From the human T2T-CHM13v2.0 reference genome, Homo sapiens, in NCBI RefSeq assembly GCF_009914755.1, contig NC_060947.1: a stretch of DNA of 64,000 nucleotides. One strand, 5' to 3'. The notes beneath the pieces were generated by a model. That model was not told where the DNA came from. It worked only from the letters and a program-made list of their open reading frames with translations, and ran no database searches. The position numbers and the translations under genes are program-made. Positions 24,211 through 38,795 of the stretch are shown piece by piece (position 1 is the stretch's first letter; each line of letters opens with the position of its first letter).

Positions 24211-26274
24211 TACCTTAGAAAATTCCAACTGCTCAGGTGTTTTCATTGTCATATTCATTATTGTTCTCTGGTGCAAATACTCAAAGTCTTTCTTATATTT
24301 AGCCTTTACAGTTTCGATGATGATCACTTAATTACGTCTGGTACATAGTTGGCATTTCAATACTTGTTGAACATGTTTTACTTATTTTTATCTATTGCTT
24401 TATTCTACCTACTAAATAAGACACAACACGGTAAAAGTTCCCAAAACTGCAGAGGTGCTTGATGCAGCAAATTACTCCTGCTCCACAATTCTACTCTCCA
24501 CAGATAAAAATGCTTTACGGGTTTGAATGCATTATTCCACATTTTTTCTCCATGCATAGTTTTACCTTTGTTTGTTTATTTTGAGAGTTAAATACTCTAA
24601 AAAGTATTTTAAAAGTAAACTTGCTAAATAATGAAATAATAAATATTTTTATTAAGGCTTGTAAGTTGCATTTAATAGCTTTCAGATACACCACATCAAA
24701 GTCCATCTTCAATCAATCAAACCCAATGGTAGTTCCTTCTTGCATAATAAAATTCCCTCCAACTTACATTATGATACCCACTTAGCTATAATGGGCAGGG
24801 AAAGGAAACTACATCTCCTTTCTGATCACTATTGTGTAAGGAAGAGCATCAGGAGAATTACATAAAAATGAATATAAAGAAATGATTCTGATTTCAAAGT
24901 ACATTGTTTGGAAGCATTAACAAAAACAAAAATGATTCAGGTATACATACTTCTACTGAATTTTTGATAGGAAAGTTAGTTCTGAAAACAGTCCATTTCC
25001 TACTACAGAAAGGAGATAGTTTATTTTTAAGGTTAGTCTTTGTTTTCCACAGAATTTCACATCTTCCTAATTTGAAGGCATAAAACAGCAACAGAGAACC
25101 ATAATGCATGAATCAATGAATACACTAGGGACATGGTGATGTTTAAGAAGGCTAGGTAACTTTTTTTGAATTTCAGAATAAATGTAACAGAGGTTAATAA
25201 CCACAAATGTTAAGGTTAGAGTGAGATCAGTCTATGAGAAGCATAATTAACATTTTATACTGCAAACTATTTACTACTGAAGGAAAACATCTACACAGAA
25301 AAATTCACCATATGTATTACTTTTAAATCGGGGGAAAGGGAGAGGAGATGAGTAGCTTTAAGCCCACAGGAACTGGGTTGGGGATCTTTTGGGGAACCTC
25401 ACTGTTTAGATGCTATGATTTACCTGCCAGAGATAACAGTTGGTAGGGATAGTAGAATGGGATTCAGTTAAGCTGTTTCCTTCCTTTAATTAATGACAGA
25501 GCTCAGTATATCCTTCTCCCTTATCCCCATCAAAAAACATTCATTAAACACCTAATTAGATGTGACATTGTTGAAAGCGGGGGTGCATGTGTCCAGCTGC
25601 TTGGTTCAGGCTTGCACTGAAGAGGATTTCTGTGTTCAGTGGTTCTTAGGAATCAATAAATTTGCTACCAGTTCAAACTGCTCCACAGAGCCTTTAAAAA
25701 TGTTTACACTCTGTGACCCAGTAATCCCACTTCTGGGAATCAGTCCTAAGGAAAGAGAAATCTGGACTAAGATTTACGTGCAACAATGTCCGTGGCAATG
25801 TTATTCGTAAGTTAAAAAAAACCCTGAAATGACAAAAATTAGGAGAACGATTAGCTAGATGATACCACAACCAAATGATTCCATATGTTATATAGCTATT
25901 AAAATTGTATTTCAAATATTTAAGAACACAGAAATATATACAATAATGAGTGCAAAAGTAGGCTAAGCACTGCATGTATAGTTTGATCCCATTTTGTTTA
26001 AAATTGTACATATATACAGAGAAAAATGACTAGAAAGAAACTCAAATATCCACTGTAGTTATCTCTGAGTAGTGAAATTACAGGAGATTGCTTTCTTTTT
26101 TATACTTTTCTATATCTTTCAAATACATTCAATGAGCATGTATTATTAAAAAGCACAAACTACTTCAAATTCTATTTTACAAATGAATTAAACAGGCGAA
26201 TGTTTAATAAATTGCACTGTGTCTGTCCTGCAGTGTGAGCCTAGGGCTGCCCAGGACCCACCTACTTTGGTTTG

Positions 26275-26279
<5 letters not shown>

Positions 26280-26318
<39 letters not shown>

Positions 26319-26324
26319 GACACA

Positions 26325-26369
<45 letters not shown>
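26280..26369. repeat. (CT)n(CA)n compound microsatellite
   Basis: Read directly. Confidence 0.95.
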
Positions 26370-26371
<2 letters not shown>

Positions 26372-29300
26372 CTCTTCTGTCAGTCTTTCTTGCCTGAATG
26401 CTAGTTTCAGGCAACAAGTCACCTCTCTCAAGGGAATTTGTACTTCTTTTTCATTGTATGATTGAGGCTTGTTGGTGCTGGCAGGTGGGCAAGTACTTTT
26501 TCTGGTCTGGCTTTGTCGATGCCCCTAAAATTACACCGGTAGGGGGCTGTCTACTCTGTGGATTGCCTGGAAGGAGCAGCTTTCTGGGTAACTGATCTGT
26601 CTAGGAAGATAGAAGAAACTCTGCCTAGGTGGGAGGAGAGGAGGAAATTTGGAGGTAAAACAGAATAGAGAGAGGAATAAAAATCAGCAGCTGTGCTTAT
26701 TAGAGAGGATTCCTTTGGTAAGGCTATATTTTAGTGTGTTACTGTTTATAAGAAATACAGTTCAATTGGACCTGTAAGAAGTTCTATTGAAGGTGAAATG
26801 CACCTAAATCCATGCCCACTGCTCAAATCTGCTCAGGAACCTGGAATCCCACTATAACGAGAAAGGGGCTGTCCAATAAAGGCTATTGTCCTTTAACAAA
26901 CACTCAACATTACAAAAGTAAAATATGCACACAGATTTCAAACAATACAAAATTGTATAAAATAAAAAGTGAAATTCTTTCCTTCCCCAATGTCATTCTT
27001 CAGAGGTAACCTCTATTCTGATGTATATTTTCCCAAGATTTTCCACTTTTCCTATGTATATATAAGGATATGCATACACACATACAATTACACACATAGT
27101 GAAGAAAAATGGAAGCAAACTGTAAATATTATTCTGCAACTTACTTTTTAAGAAATCCAATACTATTTCATAAATACATTTTCCGTGTCAGTATATATAG
27201 GTTTGCCTCATGTTTTTTAAGCTGCTGCCTAACATTCCATTGTGCGAATGTTTTAACTTACTTGAAGAACCCCCATGGGTGGACATTTAGTTTATTACCA
27301 GTTTTTTATAGTTACAAGCAATGTTGCTATAAACATCCCTGTACATATACCATGGAATCAATTTAAAGGAAAATCTTCTTTCTATCAGCTGTGCATTACC
27401 TAACCATTTGCAATTAGTTTCCTGGGCTCTGGAGAACAGTTTTTAATGGCTATGCCAAATGTTCTGTAGTGTCCCAAATGGTCCGAGGCATCCCTTCCAA
27501 TTAAGTTGCAGTCTACTACACACTGCATTTTAAATTACATTTTGCTTTAAGGACAGGGCACTGTCTTACATTATTGATACAGTGTTATAATGTTCTATCT
27601 TAGTCCTTATGCCCTAGACTTGAATGCGCACCGCCTGAAGAGAGTGGGCAGTCAGAGGCAGCTGGTACATGTCACCAAGGGTAGCCCAACTCAGCCCAAC
27701 ACAAATATGTGATTGTCCCTCCTCTGATTACATCCAGCATCTTTTCACCACTTCTGGCAGGAAAGCACAACTAGAGATAAGGCACTTTATTTGCCACCTA
27801 CCTGCTTGGGGGAAAGGAAAATGGGACCACTTACACTAACATCTGAATTGGTGAAGGAGACCAGGCTGCTTTCGGCCCCTCTCCCATCCTGTCTGCCTCC
27901 TCTCACCCAGGTGTTTATTGTCTCCAACATGTCCTCTGGCTGTTTGCAGGCCTTTTCTTTGACATCCTACTTAGACATGACCTCCTTAGCCATTGCCTGC
28001 ACCACCCCCCATCAAAACACATCTCTTTTTCGAAGTCTCAGTTGACAGCATTCATTTGTGTTAGCATGACAGAAAGCACTTAAGGCGTGGCATCAGAAGA
28101 CCATTTTCTAGCCCTATGTTTCTGACCAAGTCAATTAATCTCTTTGAGGCTCCATTTTGACATCTGTAAAATGGGGATTATAGTAATATTTTCCTCATAT
28201 AATGGATGTAAAATAAAATGAAATAACATGTTGGAAAGTACATTGAGAGCAAGGAAAAGTGCTCTGAGATTGTAAAATGCCATTATTACTTATGAATTCT
28301 TTCTTCCAGGTAAACCAGTTTTATTTTATTTTGTTTAAACAAGGGATTTCTGAAGACTACAATGTTTTCACTGAGAGAAGTGCTTATTACAGTGAAAATG
28401 TCAGGCAGTGCGAACAGGCCAGTGGGGAAGCTATTTTGAGATGGGAAAACTCTTTCAAACCTTCAAATCCACATATGTAGGGGGCTGATGGTATCACCAA
28501 GACAGAAGGCTGACCAGAGTCCTCCAGGTAAAAATATCAGAATGGTTTCTGGTACTGTTTGCTCTCTTCGGGGAGAAAAAGGTTGGGTGGAGGGGGACGA
28601 GGACAGCATGGATTTCTGTGGGCTGGCCTGAGGATCTGTCCTTCCTAGGGAGATGTGTTCTAGCAACTGTTTGGTGTATTTTTAAAGGCCAGAGAGGCTT
28701 TGGCTCTATAGGATGGAGTGGCTGTGACACCTGATTAATGTCTGTGCAGTATTTTCCAGAATGAAATTTAATCAGCAGAATGATTGCAGCAAGCAGCTGC
28801 CTGGAGGAAAATGATCCTGTTCTAATGGTGGCTTGTTTGATATGTTGGCATTGTAGTGGGGCACGTACATTATTAGTCCAGCCCAGGGGGCCCAAACTAG
28901 GATACTGGATCAACTAGTAAGGAAATACAACAAATAGCAGCACCCACTCCATGGCTTTGTGTAAGGTCATCACTGTCAGATTGTCAGTTCCTCCCCACTT
29001 CAAGGACCTTTACTGTCAGCCTCCCTCCCACCCCCAGGATCTTCTTCGTCAGCTCCTTTAGCCCCCTCCTATCATTATCTATTCCCTGAGTCCCTTCAGA
29101 TCCATCACTCTCACCCTGGCTTCAAGGCCTTCACTGACAGCTTCCTCCCAACACACTCACACATGCACAAGTGCATGCATACATTTCTCCTCTACCTCCA
29201 TGGGTGTTCTCAAGACTTAAATGAAATGAAAAATGACCTCTCCCCATAAAATGACTGGAGTCTCCTGATCTAATTAACACTTCTTGGACTATTTTTCCCA

Positions 29301-29964
29301 TCAGAAGCACAGAGGTTATTACACTGCCTTGCAAAAATTCTGTAGTCAGTATTATACTCCCTAACATCTAGGAAATACAGTGGAGACCTATGTGACTACC
29401 ATGTCTTACCACTCAAATGACATTGGGTGCATTTCATCCAAGCTGAGTATGCTGAGCTTTCCTCACAGGATCTGTGGTATAAGATGTTTCCCAGTAGTAG
29501 AGAAAATTTGGATGAGCTAGTTACAATTTCTTGCAGGTATTTGTTTCCCTAGTTTGAAAAACTTCCACTAAATCCCTCCAGAGTGTACCCTAGGATCACC
29601 ACAGGGATCTGACTCAGGATGGGGGCAGTGCTTGGAACTATTAAGGCCACAGTTTACAGTGGAAAGAGTAGCTTTCAGGACCAAAAGAACCCAAGCTGAT
29701 ACGGCCATAACAACCCTTTCTAAATTCAAAGAAAGGATAGAGTAGTCTACTGCTCTGTGGGCAGTTGAGAGTGCTTCAAGATTCCTAGGCTTTGCCTGTG
29801 GTACCACCTCTGGGCAAAGGACACCATCAAGAAAGTAAAAACTGACAACCCACAGGATGGGAGAAAATTTTTTAAAACCATATATCTATATATCTGATAA
29901 GAAACTCTCTCTCATACGTATACATATATATATAATATGTTATAAACATATATAATGTACATAT

Positions 29965-30390
29965 GTAATAAATCAGAGATTAATTTATAATAGGAATTGG
30001 CTCATATGATTATGGAGGCTAAGAAGTTTCATGATTTGCCATCTGCAAGCTGGAGACCCAGTGGAGAACCAGAAAAGCTAGTGGTACAATTCAGTAAGAA
30101 TCTGAAAGCCAGAGACCAGAAACACTGATGTTGAGTGCAGGAGACAATGAGTGTCCCTGATCAAACAGAGAGTGAATTCACCCTTCCTCCAGCTATTTGT
30201 TCTATGTGGGCCCTCAGCAGATTGAATGATGCACCCTACATGGGTGAGGGAGATCTTCTTTACTCAGGTTACTGATTAAAATGCTAATCTCTTCCAGAAA
30301 CACTCTTTCACAGACACACCCAAAAGTTTTACCAGCTATCTGGGCATCCCTTAGCCCATTCGAGTTGACAGATAAAAATTCACCATCATG
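29965..30390. mobile_element. MLT2 (ERVL) LTR, larger part, inverted relative to its other part
   Basis: gaattggctcatatgattatggaggct...gagttgacagataaaaattcaccatca, followed by CTAGG and sense L1 sequence. Confidence 0.8.
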
Positions 30391-30743
30391 CTAGGGAAAT
30401 GCAAATCAAAACCATGAGATACACTCATGATTGTATAGTTAGGAAACGCAACAAACAGCAGCACCCTCTCCATGCCTCTGCATAAGGTCATCACTAGGAT
30501 GAATGTTATAAAGACAAATAATAACAAATGCTGGAGAAGATGTGCAGAAATTAGACCCCTTGTACATTGCTGGGTGGAATGTAAAATGGTTAGAGCCACT
30601 TTGTAAAACTGGCAGTTCCTCATAATGTTGATTATGGAGTTAAGATATTTCATAGATATTCCACTCTTAGGTATACGTCCAAGGGAATTGAAAACATATG
30701 TCCACACAAAAACTTATAAATGAATGTTCATAGCAGCATTATT

Positions 30744-30745
<2 letters not shown>
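30391..30745 (+). mobile_element. L1M ORF2 3' fragment (inside inverted block)
   Basis: gaaatgcaaatcaaaacc...tgtaaaatggt...atgttcatagcagcattattc sense L1. Confidence 0.8.
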
Positions 30746-30798
<53 letters not shown>

Positions 30799-30842
30799 GT
30801 GTCCTGTTGGTTCTGTTTCTCTGGAGAACCCTAACTAATACA
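30746..30842. mobile_element. MLT2 LTR, smaller part, with (CA)n
   Basis: Reverse complement reads TGTATTAGTTAGGGTTCTCCAGAGAAACAGAACCAACAGGA, the other MLT2 terminus; adjacent CCTAG (30843-30847) is the matching TSD copy. Confidence 0.8.
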
Positions 30843-31380
30843 CCTAGTGACTAATGATATTGAGCATCCCTTCATTTGCTTATTGGTCATTGTGTATCTT
30901 TGGAGAACTGTATATTCAGACCCTTTAACCATCTTTTAATTGGGTTACTTGTCCTTTTGTTATTAAGTTGTAACTGTTTTTAATATATTCTAGATACAAG
31001 TCTCTCATCAGATATATGATTTCCAAAAATTTTCTCCCATTCTGTGGGTTGTCAGTTTTTACTTTCTTGGTGGTGTCCTTTTAAGAATGGAAGTTTTAAA
31101 ATCTGATAAAGTTCAATTATCTATTTTTTTCTTTTGTCACTCGTGCTTTTGGTGTCATGTTTAAAAATCCATTGTTTAACCCAAAAACCACAAAGATTTG
31201 TGCTTACGTTTTCTTCTAAAAGTTTTCTAGATGTAACTTGTGCTTACGTCTTTGATCCATCTTTTGTTAATGTATGTATGTGGTATGAAGTAGGGGGTCC
31301 AACTTCATTCTTTTGATGTGCATATTCAGTTGTTTCAGCACCATTTGTTGAAAACACTCTTTTTTCTCTCAATTGAATGA

Positions 31381-31710
<330 letters not shown>

Positions 31711-31879
31711 TTAACCATAAAAGTGACTCTTATTTCTGGATTCTCAGTTACATTCTATTGATCTATATGTCTATCCTTATGCAGGTACCATGCACTCTTG
31801 ATTACTGTTACTTTGTAGTAAGCTTTGAAATTGGTTAAGTGTGAGGCCTCTGCCTTTGTTCTTTTTCAGGATTGCTTCC

Positions 31880-32193
31880 GACCGGGTGCGGTGGCTCATG
31901 CCTGTAGTTCCAGCACTTTGAGAGGCCGAGACAGGCAGATTGCTTGAGCTCAGGAGTTCGAGACCAGCCTGGGCAACACGGTGAAACCCTGTCTCTACCA
32001 AAAATACAAAAAAAAAAAAAAAAAAATTAGCCAGACGTGGTGTCAGGAGCCTGTAGTCCCAGCTACTCAGGAGGCTGAGGTGAGAGGATTGCCTGAGCCT
32101 GGGAGGCAGAGGTTGCAGTGAGCCGAGATCATATCACCGCACTCCAGCCTGGGTGACAGAGAGAGACTCTGTCTAAAAAAAAAAAAAAAAAAG
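31880..32193 (+). mobile_element. Alu (J/S) with expanded middle A-tract
   Basis: Alu dimer with poly-A tail. Confidence 0.9.
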
Positions 32194-32405
32194 ATTCTGG
32201 TCCCTTACATTTCCATTTTTGTCAATTTCTGCCAAAAAAAAAAAAAGGTAGCTGGGATTTTAATAGGAATTGCCTTGGGTCTGTATATCAGTTTAGAGAG
32301 TATTGCCACCTTAACAATATTAAGTCTTCCAATACATGATAATGGGATAATGTTCCATTTAGTTAGGTCTGTATTTTCTTTCAATAATGTTATCTGGTAC
32401 ACTGA

Positions 32406-32760
<355 letters not shown>

Positions 32761-34564
32761 TACTCTTTTTTAGTTCTATTATAAATGCAATTATTTTATT
32801 ACTTTCATTTTTCAGACTGTTCATTGCAAGTATATAGGAATACAGTTGATTTTTGTCTGTCTTTTATCATGGGACTTTGTTGAACTGTTGATTTATTAGC
32901 TTTAATAGTTTTTTTGTGATTTCTAAAGGATTTTCTGCATACAAGGTCACTTGCAGAGAGTTTTCCTTCTTCCTTTTCAATCTGGATGCCTTTTACTTAT
33001 TTTTCTTGCCTAGTTACACTGGCTAGGACCTCCAGTACAATCTTAAATAGAAGCAGTGAGAGTGGACATCCTTGTCTTGTTCCTGATATTGGGGAGAAAG
33101 TTTTTAGTCTTTTACCATTAAGTATGATGCTAGCTGTGGATTTTTTGTAGATGCCCTTTATCAAGTTAAGGAGGTACCCTTCTCTTTTTAGTTTGTTGAG
33201 TGTTTTTATTATGAAAGGATGTTGGGTTTTATCAGATGCTTATTCTGCATCTGTTGAGATAATCATGCTATTTTTTCCTTTCTTCTATTAGTATGTTGTA
33301 TTACAATGGTTGATTTTTATATACTGAACTAACCTTGCATTTCCTGTAATAAATTCCAATTGGTGATGAAGTATAATCCTTTTGATACATTGTTGAATTT
33401 ATTTGCTAGTATTTTATTGAGGAATTTAGTGAATAGATTTTAAAGGAATGGATATTGGTCTGTAGTTTTGTTTTGATGGCTTTTCTGGTTTTGGTATCAG
33501 AGTAATACTGGCCTCACAGAATGAATTGGGAAGTATTCCCTTCTCTTGTATTTTTTGAAAGCATTTGACAAGGCTTGGCATTAACTCTTCTTTTATTCTT
33601 TAAATGCTTGGTAGAATTCACCAGTGGAGCTATCTGATCTTGGACTTTTTGTTTTTGGTGGGAATACTTGATTACTGATTCAGTCACTTTATTTGTATAG
33701 TTCTATTCAGACTTTCTATTTCTCCTTGAGTCAGTTTTGGCAACTTTTGTCTTTCTAGAAATTTGTGTGTTTCATCTAGGTTATCTAATTTGTTGGCATA
33801 CAATTGTTCATAGTATTCTCATATATTTTTTCAAATTTCTGTGATGTCGGTAGTAATGCCTCCTCTGCTATTCCTGATTATATTAATTCAAGTGTTTTCT
33901 CTTTATTTCTGGGTCAGCCTAGCTAAAGTTTTGTTAATTTTGTTGATCTTTCCAAAATATCAGCTTCAGTTTTATTGATTTTCTTATTTTTATCCTCTAT
34001 TTCATTTTTTCCTTTGTAATATTTTTATTTCCTTCTTTCTGTTTGCTTTGGATTTAATTTGCTCTTTTTTCTAGTTTCTTAAGGTAGAAGCTTGGGTAAT
34101 TGATTTGAGATCATTCTTCTTTTTCAATGTAGGCATTAATAGCTATAAATTTCCCCATAAGCAATGCTTTAGCTCCATTCCATCAGTTTTGTATGTTGTG
34201 TTTTTTGTTTTCATTCATCTCAAAATATTGTCTAATTTTCCTTGTGATTTCTTCCTTGACCCATTTTTTTAGGAGTTTGTCTTTTAATTTGCACGTTTGT
34301 GAATATCCCAAATTTCCTTCTGTAATTGACTTCTAATTTTATTCCATAGTGGTCAAAAAACATACTTTGGATGCTTTCAACCTTCTTAAATATATTGAGA
34401 CACAATTTATGGCTTAGCACATGGTCTAATTTGAAAAATATTCCATGAGCACTTGAGAATAATGTGTTTTGCTGTTGTGGGGTGGAGTGTTCTAAAGATG
34501 TCTGTTAAGTCTAATTGGTTTATATTGTTGGTCAAGTCTTCTATTGCCTTGTTGATCTACTGTC

Positions 34565-34771
34565 TGTGGGCTGCATGCAGCCAAGGAAGGCTTTGAATGC
34601 AGCCCAACACAAATTCGTAAACTTCTTAAAATATTATGGGAATTGCAAAACATTTTGCAATTTTTTTTAGCTCATCAGCTATTGTTAGTGTTAGTGTATT
34701 TTATGTGTGGCCCAAGACAACTCTTCTTTTCCCAATGTGGACCAGGGAAGCCAAAAGATTGGATACCCCTG
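34565..34771 (-). mobile_element. MER30 hAT MITE
   Basis: Reverse complement starts CAGGGGTATCCAATCTTTTGGCTTCCCTGG, matching the recalled MER30 start. Confidence 0.8.
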
Positions 34772-35047
34772 GTCTAATTGTTCTATCCACTAGATAAAGT
34801 TAGGTATAGAAGTCTTTAATCGTTATTGCTGAATTGTCTATTTCTTCCTGCGGTTCTTTCAGTTTTTGCTTCATATATATCAGGAGTCTGCTTTTAGATG
34901 TGTATATGTTTATAATTGTTATATCTTCCTGAATTATTGACAATTTTGTCATTATAAAATGCTCTCCTTTGTCTCTAGTAACAATTCTTGTCTTAAAGTC
35001 TATTTTGTCTGGTATTAGCATATTTTCTCCAACTCTCTTTTGGTTAC

Positions 35048-35408
35048 TGCATTAGTCCATTCTCACACTGCTATGAAAGAATACCCAAGACAGGGTAATT
35101 TATAAGGAAAAGAGGTTTAATTTACTCACAGTTCCACATGCCTGGGGAGGTCTCAGGAAACTTTCAATCATGGTGGAAGGCAACTCTTCACAGGGTGGCA
35201 GGAGAGAGAAGTGCTGAGCAAAGGGGGAAAATTCCCTTATAAAACCATCAGATCTCGTGAGAACTCACTCACTATCACAAGAACAGCATGGGGGTAACCG
35301 CCTCCATGATTCAATTACCTCCCACTAGTTCCATCCCACAACATGTGGGGATTATGGGAACTACAATTCAAGATGAGATTTGGGTGGAAACACAGTCAAA
35401 CCATATCA
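35048..35408 (-). mobile_element. THE1 (MaLR) solo LTR
   Basis: TG...CA ends, THE1 motifs, 5-bp TSD GTTAC at 35043-47 and 35409-13. Confidence 0.9.
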
Positions 35409-35805
35409 GTTACTGTTTGTAAGATATGTCTTTTTTCCATCTTTTTACTTTCAAATTAATTGTGTCTTTGAATCTAAGTCATGTCCCTTATACATAGCAC
35501 ATAATTGGATCATTTTTAATTCATTCTTTCAATCTCTGCTTTTTTATTGTAGGCTTAATCTATTTAAATTTAATATAACTAACAAAAGGTAGGATTTGTG
35601 TCTGGCATTTTTCAATTTGTTCTGTATGTGGCATGTCTTTTTTGTTTATCAGTTCCTTCATTACTGCCTTATTTTGTATTAAATGGACAGTTTCTAACCT
35701 ACCATTTTAATTACTTTGTTGTTTCTTTTGCCATTTTCTTGATCACTTCCCTGGGGATTGCAATTAACATATTAAGTTAGAAAAACTAGTTGAAATGAAT
35801 ACTAA

Positions 35806-36315
<510 letters not shown>

Positions 36316-36469
36316 TGAGGCCTAAAATTAATATTATGTGCTGCCTTGACATGGTAAAATTGGCCTAACTGCAAATTCTCCTTCCCACTCTGTTTCCACA
36401 GATAAGGTCTTCTAGCCAAGCAATCCTCCTTATCATGCAGACCAGGCACAGTTCATGCTCATCCCTGAA

Positions 36470-37112
36470 TATTAACAAAGATTTTCTCATTGACAAAACT
36501 CTACTCAGTCTCAGGCTCCTCTGAACTCTTTTTCAACCAGGCCTAACTTTTAGACTTCCATGTGTATCTCTGCATTGTCCAATTTTAACAAGAATCCATG
36601 AAGTCAGTTTAACCAGAACCTCTCACCCTTGATATCTGATCCCTCCATATCTAATCAGGCTCTTCATCTTCATCCTCCATCATCACCCTGGCCTGCCTTC
36701 AGGAAGCATTCTGCTAGGTTGGTTTAATCAGAATTCTCCCTGGCCTGGTGCAGTGGCTCACGCCTGTAATCTCAGCACTTTAGGAGGCTGAGGTGGGAAG
36801 ATCGCTTGAGCCCAGGAGTTTGAGACCAGCCTGGGCAACATAGCAAGACCTTGCCTCTATTTAAAAAAAAAAAAAAAAAGAATTCTCGTTTACCCCTGCT
36901 GCTTCCTCTTGGTAATTTGCCATCCACTGACCCCTACCCTGCCCCCTGGCTATAAATTCTCATTTTCTTATGCTGTATTGGGAGTTAAGCCCAATCTCTC
37001 TCTCACACCATAAGATCACATTACAGTGGTCCCTACACCTATCACAATGCTCCTGAATAAAATCTTCTTTACCATCTTCAACCAGTGTAATTTAATAATT
37101 TTTTTCTTTAAG
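36470..37112 (+). mobile_element. MER31/MER67-like ERV1 solo LTR inside the ERV-L 5' LTR
   Basis: Sequence absent from the 3' LTR. Motifs caggctcctctga, gtcagtttaaccagaac..cccttgatatctgatc, TATAAA and AATAAA. Confidence 0.6.
36742..36879 (+). mobile_element. Alu left monomer (FLAM-like)
   Basis: Single monomer plus A tail, TSD-like AGAATTCTC. Confidence 0.85.
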
Positions 37113-38485
37113 AGTAGTGGGCTTTAGTTCCCTGCCAGCCCATAGAATTGTTTAAACAAGCCAATCACATCCTCCCTCAGGAAGCAAAGGCTACCCACCC
37201 TCTTGCTACTATAGAGCCTGCCTCCCACAGCACCTGGTTGTTCACTGTTCCAGATTGCAAACCTCTTGTGGCCCTGTGTGTTATGTGGTATCCTTCTCCC
37301 CCAGGCTATAACTATATGTGACTAATAAATTGCTGTCAATCTCATCTGTCCAGTGTTGGGTGTTGTGTTTTCAGCTATACTTATAACCTTACGGTGGAAT
37401 CCCTCCCTCACCAATGGGGTGGAGGGGAAGTGATCAAAACAATTGGTGTCGTGAATGGGATGTACCAACAATAACCAAGGACACCTGGTCAGCTTTAATT
37501 AACTGCTCACGGCTAGTTAACTAGTTTCATGATATGGCAAATACTGCCTGGAACAGAATTGCTGATTACTAGTGGACTTGTGCTTTGGCTTGCATGGAAC
37601 TGTGTTTTCTTTGCCAGATGTCGCCATCTCTTCCCACTCGAAATGCTATAATCCTCAAGACAAGAACTTCTGTTTATTGACTATACTGTGGCATGATGTG
37701 CCACTGGGTTTGGCCTGTGTTGGGCAGATAATCTCTGAGGCTTCTGTCTGTGGAAGTGACAACACAGCATCCTAATCAGCTGACACCTGAGTCCCACCTT
37801 ACCAAAGGCAGAGCTGGAGCTCTCTGATCACTGTGTATAGCCTAGTTACCATCACTGGCTGCTTGGGACAGCCATGAAACCGTTCGTGATTGTGTACTCC
37901 CAAGATGGCCTTTTGTAGAGTATGTGGAAAAGAAGAAGACCACCACCCTGCGGAGAATTAAGCATGGCATTTTGGTTGCATAATAGTCATTGTTGTTCAG
38001 GCAAGAGTTGCTTCTCTCCTGTGATACTGCTTCCATTGCTGCTGTTGTATGTGCTCTCCTGACCTCCAAAGGTATTGAGGTGCACATCCATGGTGGCCCA
38101 TGGCCACACACTGATTATTTAAAAATGAGAAGGAGCATTTTGTACTCAATTGCTCTCCCAATGCATAACCCCTAGCCAATGTACCTGGGATTTGTTTAGC
38201 ACTGTTGCTTACCAGCACGCCAAAGGGCTAATCTTGTGACAGCAGGACTTGATAGATTCCATCCAGGCCACAGACAAAATTATCTTACTGGATGTGGAAC
38301 TCAACCCTGGAAAGACTGATTGGCATTCTCATGAAGAGGAGGCCACCACCTATGAGTCGGGCCCCAGGAACCCAAACCTGTTCCCATAACCATCAAGAAG
38401 GGCTGCATCATGGTGATTGTGCAGACAGAAACTGAAAGCAACAACTTTATGTGACTATAAATCTAAATTATTACAAAGGAATCTT

Positions 38486-38795
38486 GTGTTTGTTTGTTTG
38501 TTTGTTTCTTTTAGAGACAAGGTCTCCCACTGTCATCCAGGCTGGAGTATAGTGGTGCAGTCATAGCTCACTGTAACCTTATACTCCCAGGCTCGAGCAA
38601 CCCTCCCGTCTTAGCCTCCTGAGTGGCTAGGACTACAGGCACACTCCACCACACCTGTTTTTTTTTTTTTTTTTTTAAGAGATGGGGGTCATTTTGTGTT
38701 ATCCAGGCTGGTCTCGATCTCCTGGCCTCAAGTGATCCTCCCTTTGCAGCCTCCCCAAGCACTGGGATTACAGGCATCAGCCACTGCTCCTGGCC
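38486..38795 (-). mobile_element. AluJ inside ERV internal region
   Basis: Diverged reverse-complement Alu with (TTTG)n tail. Confidence 0.88.
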
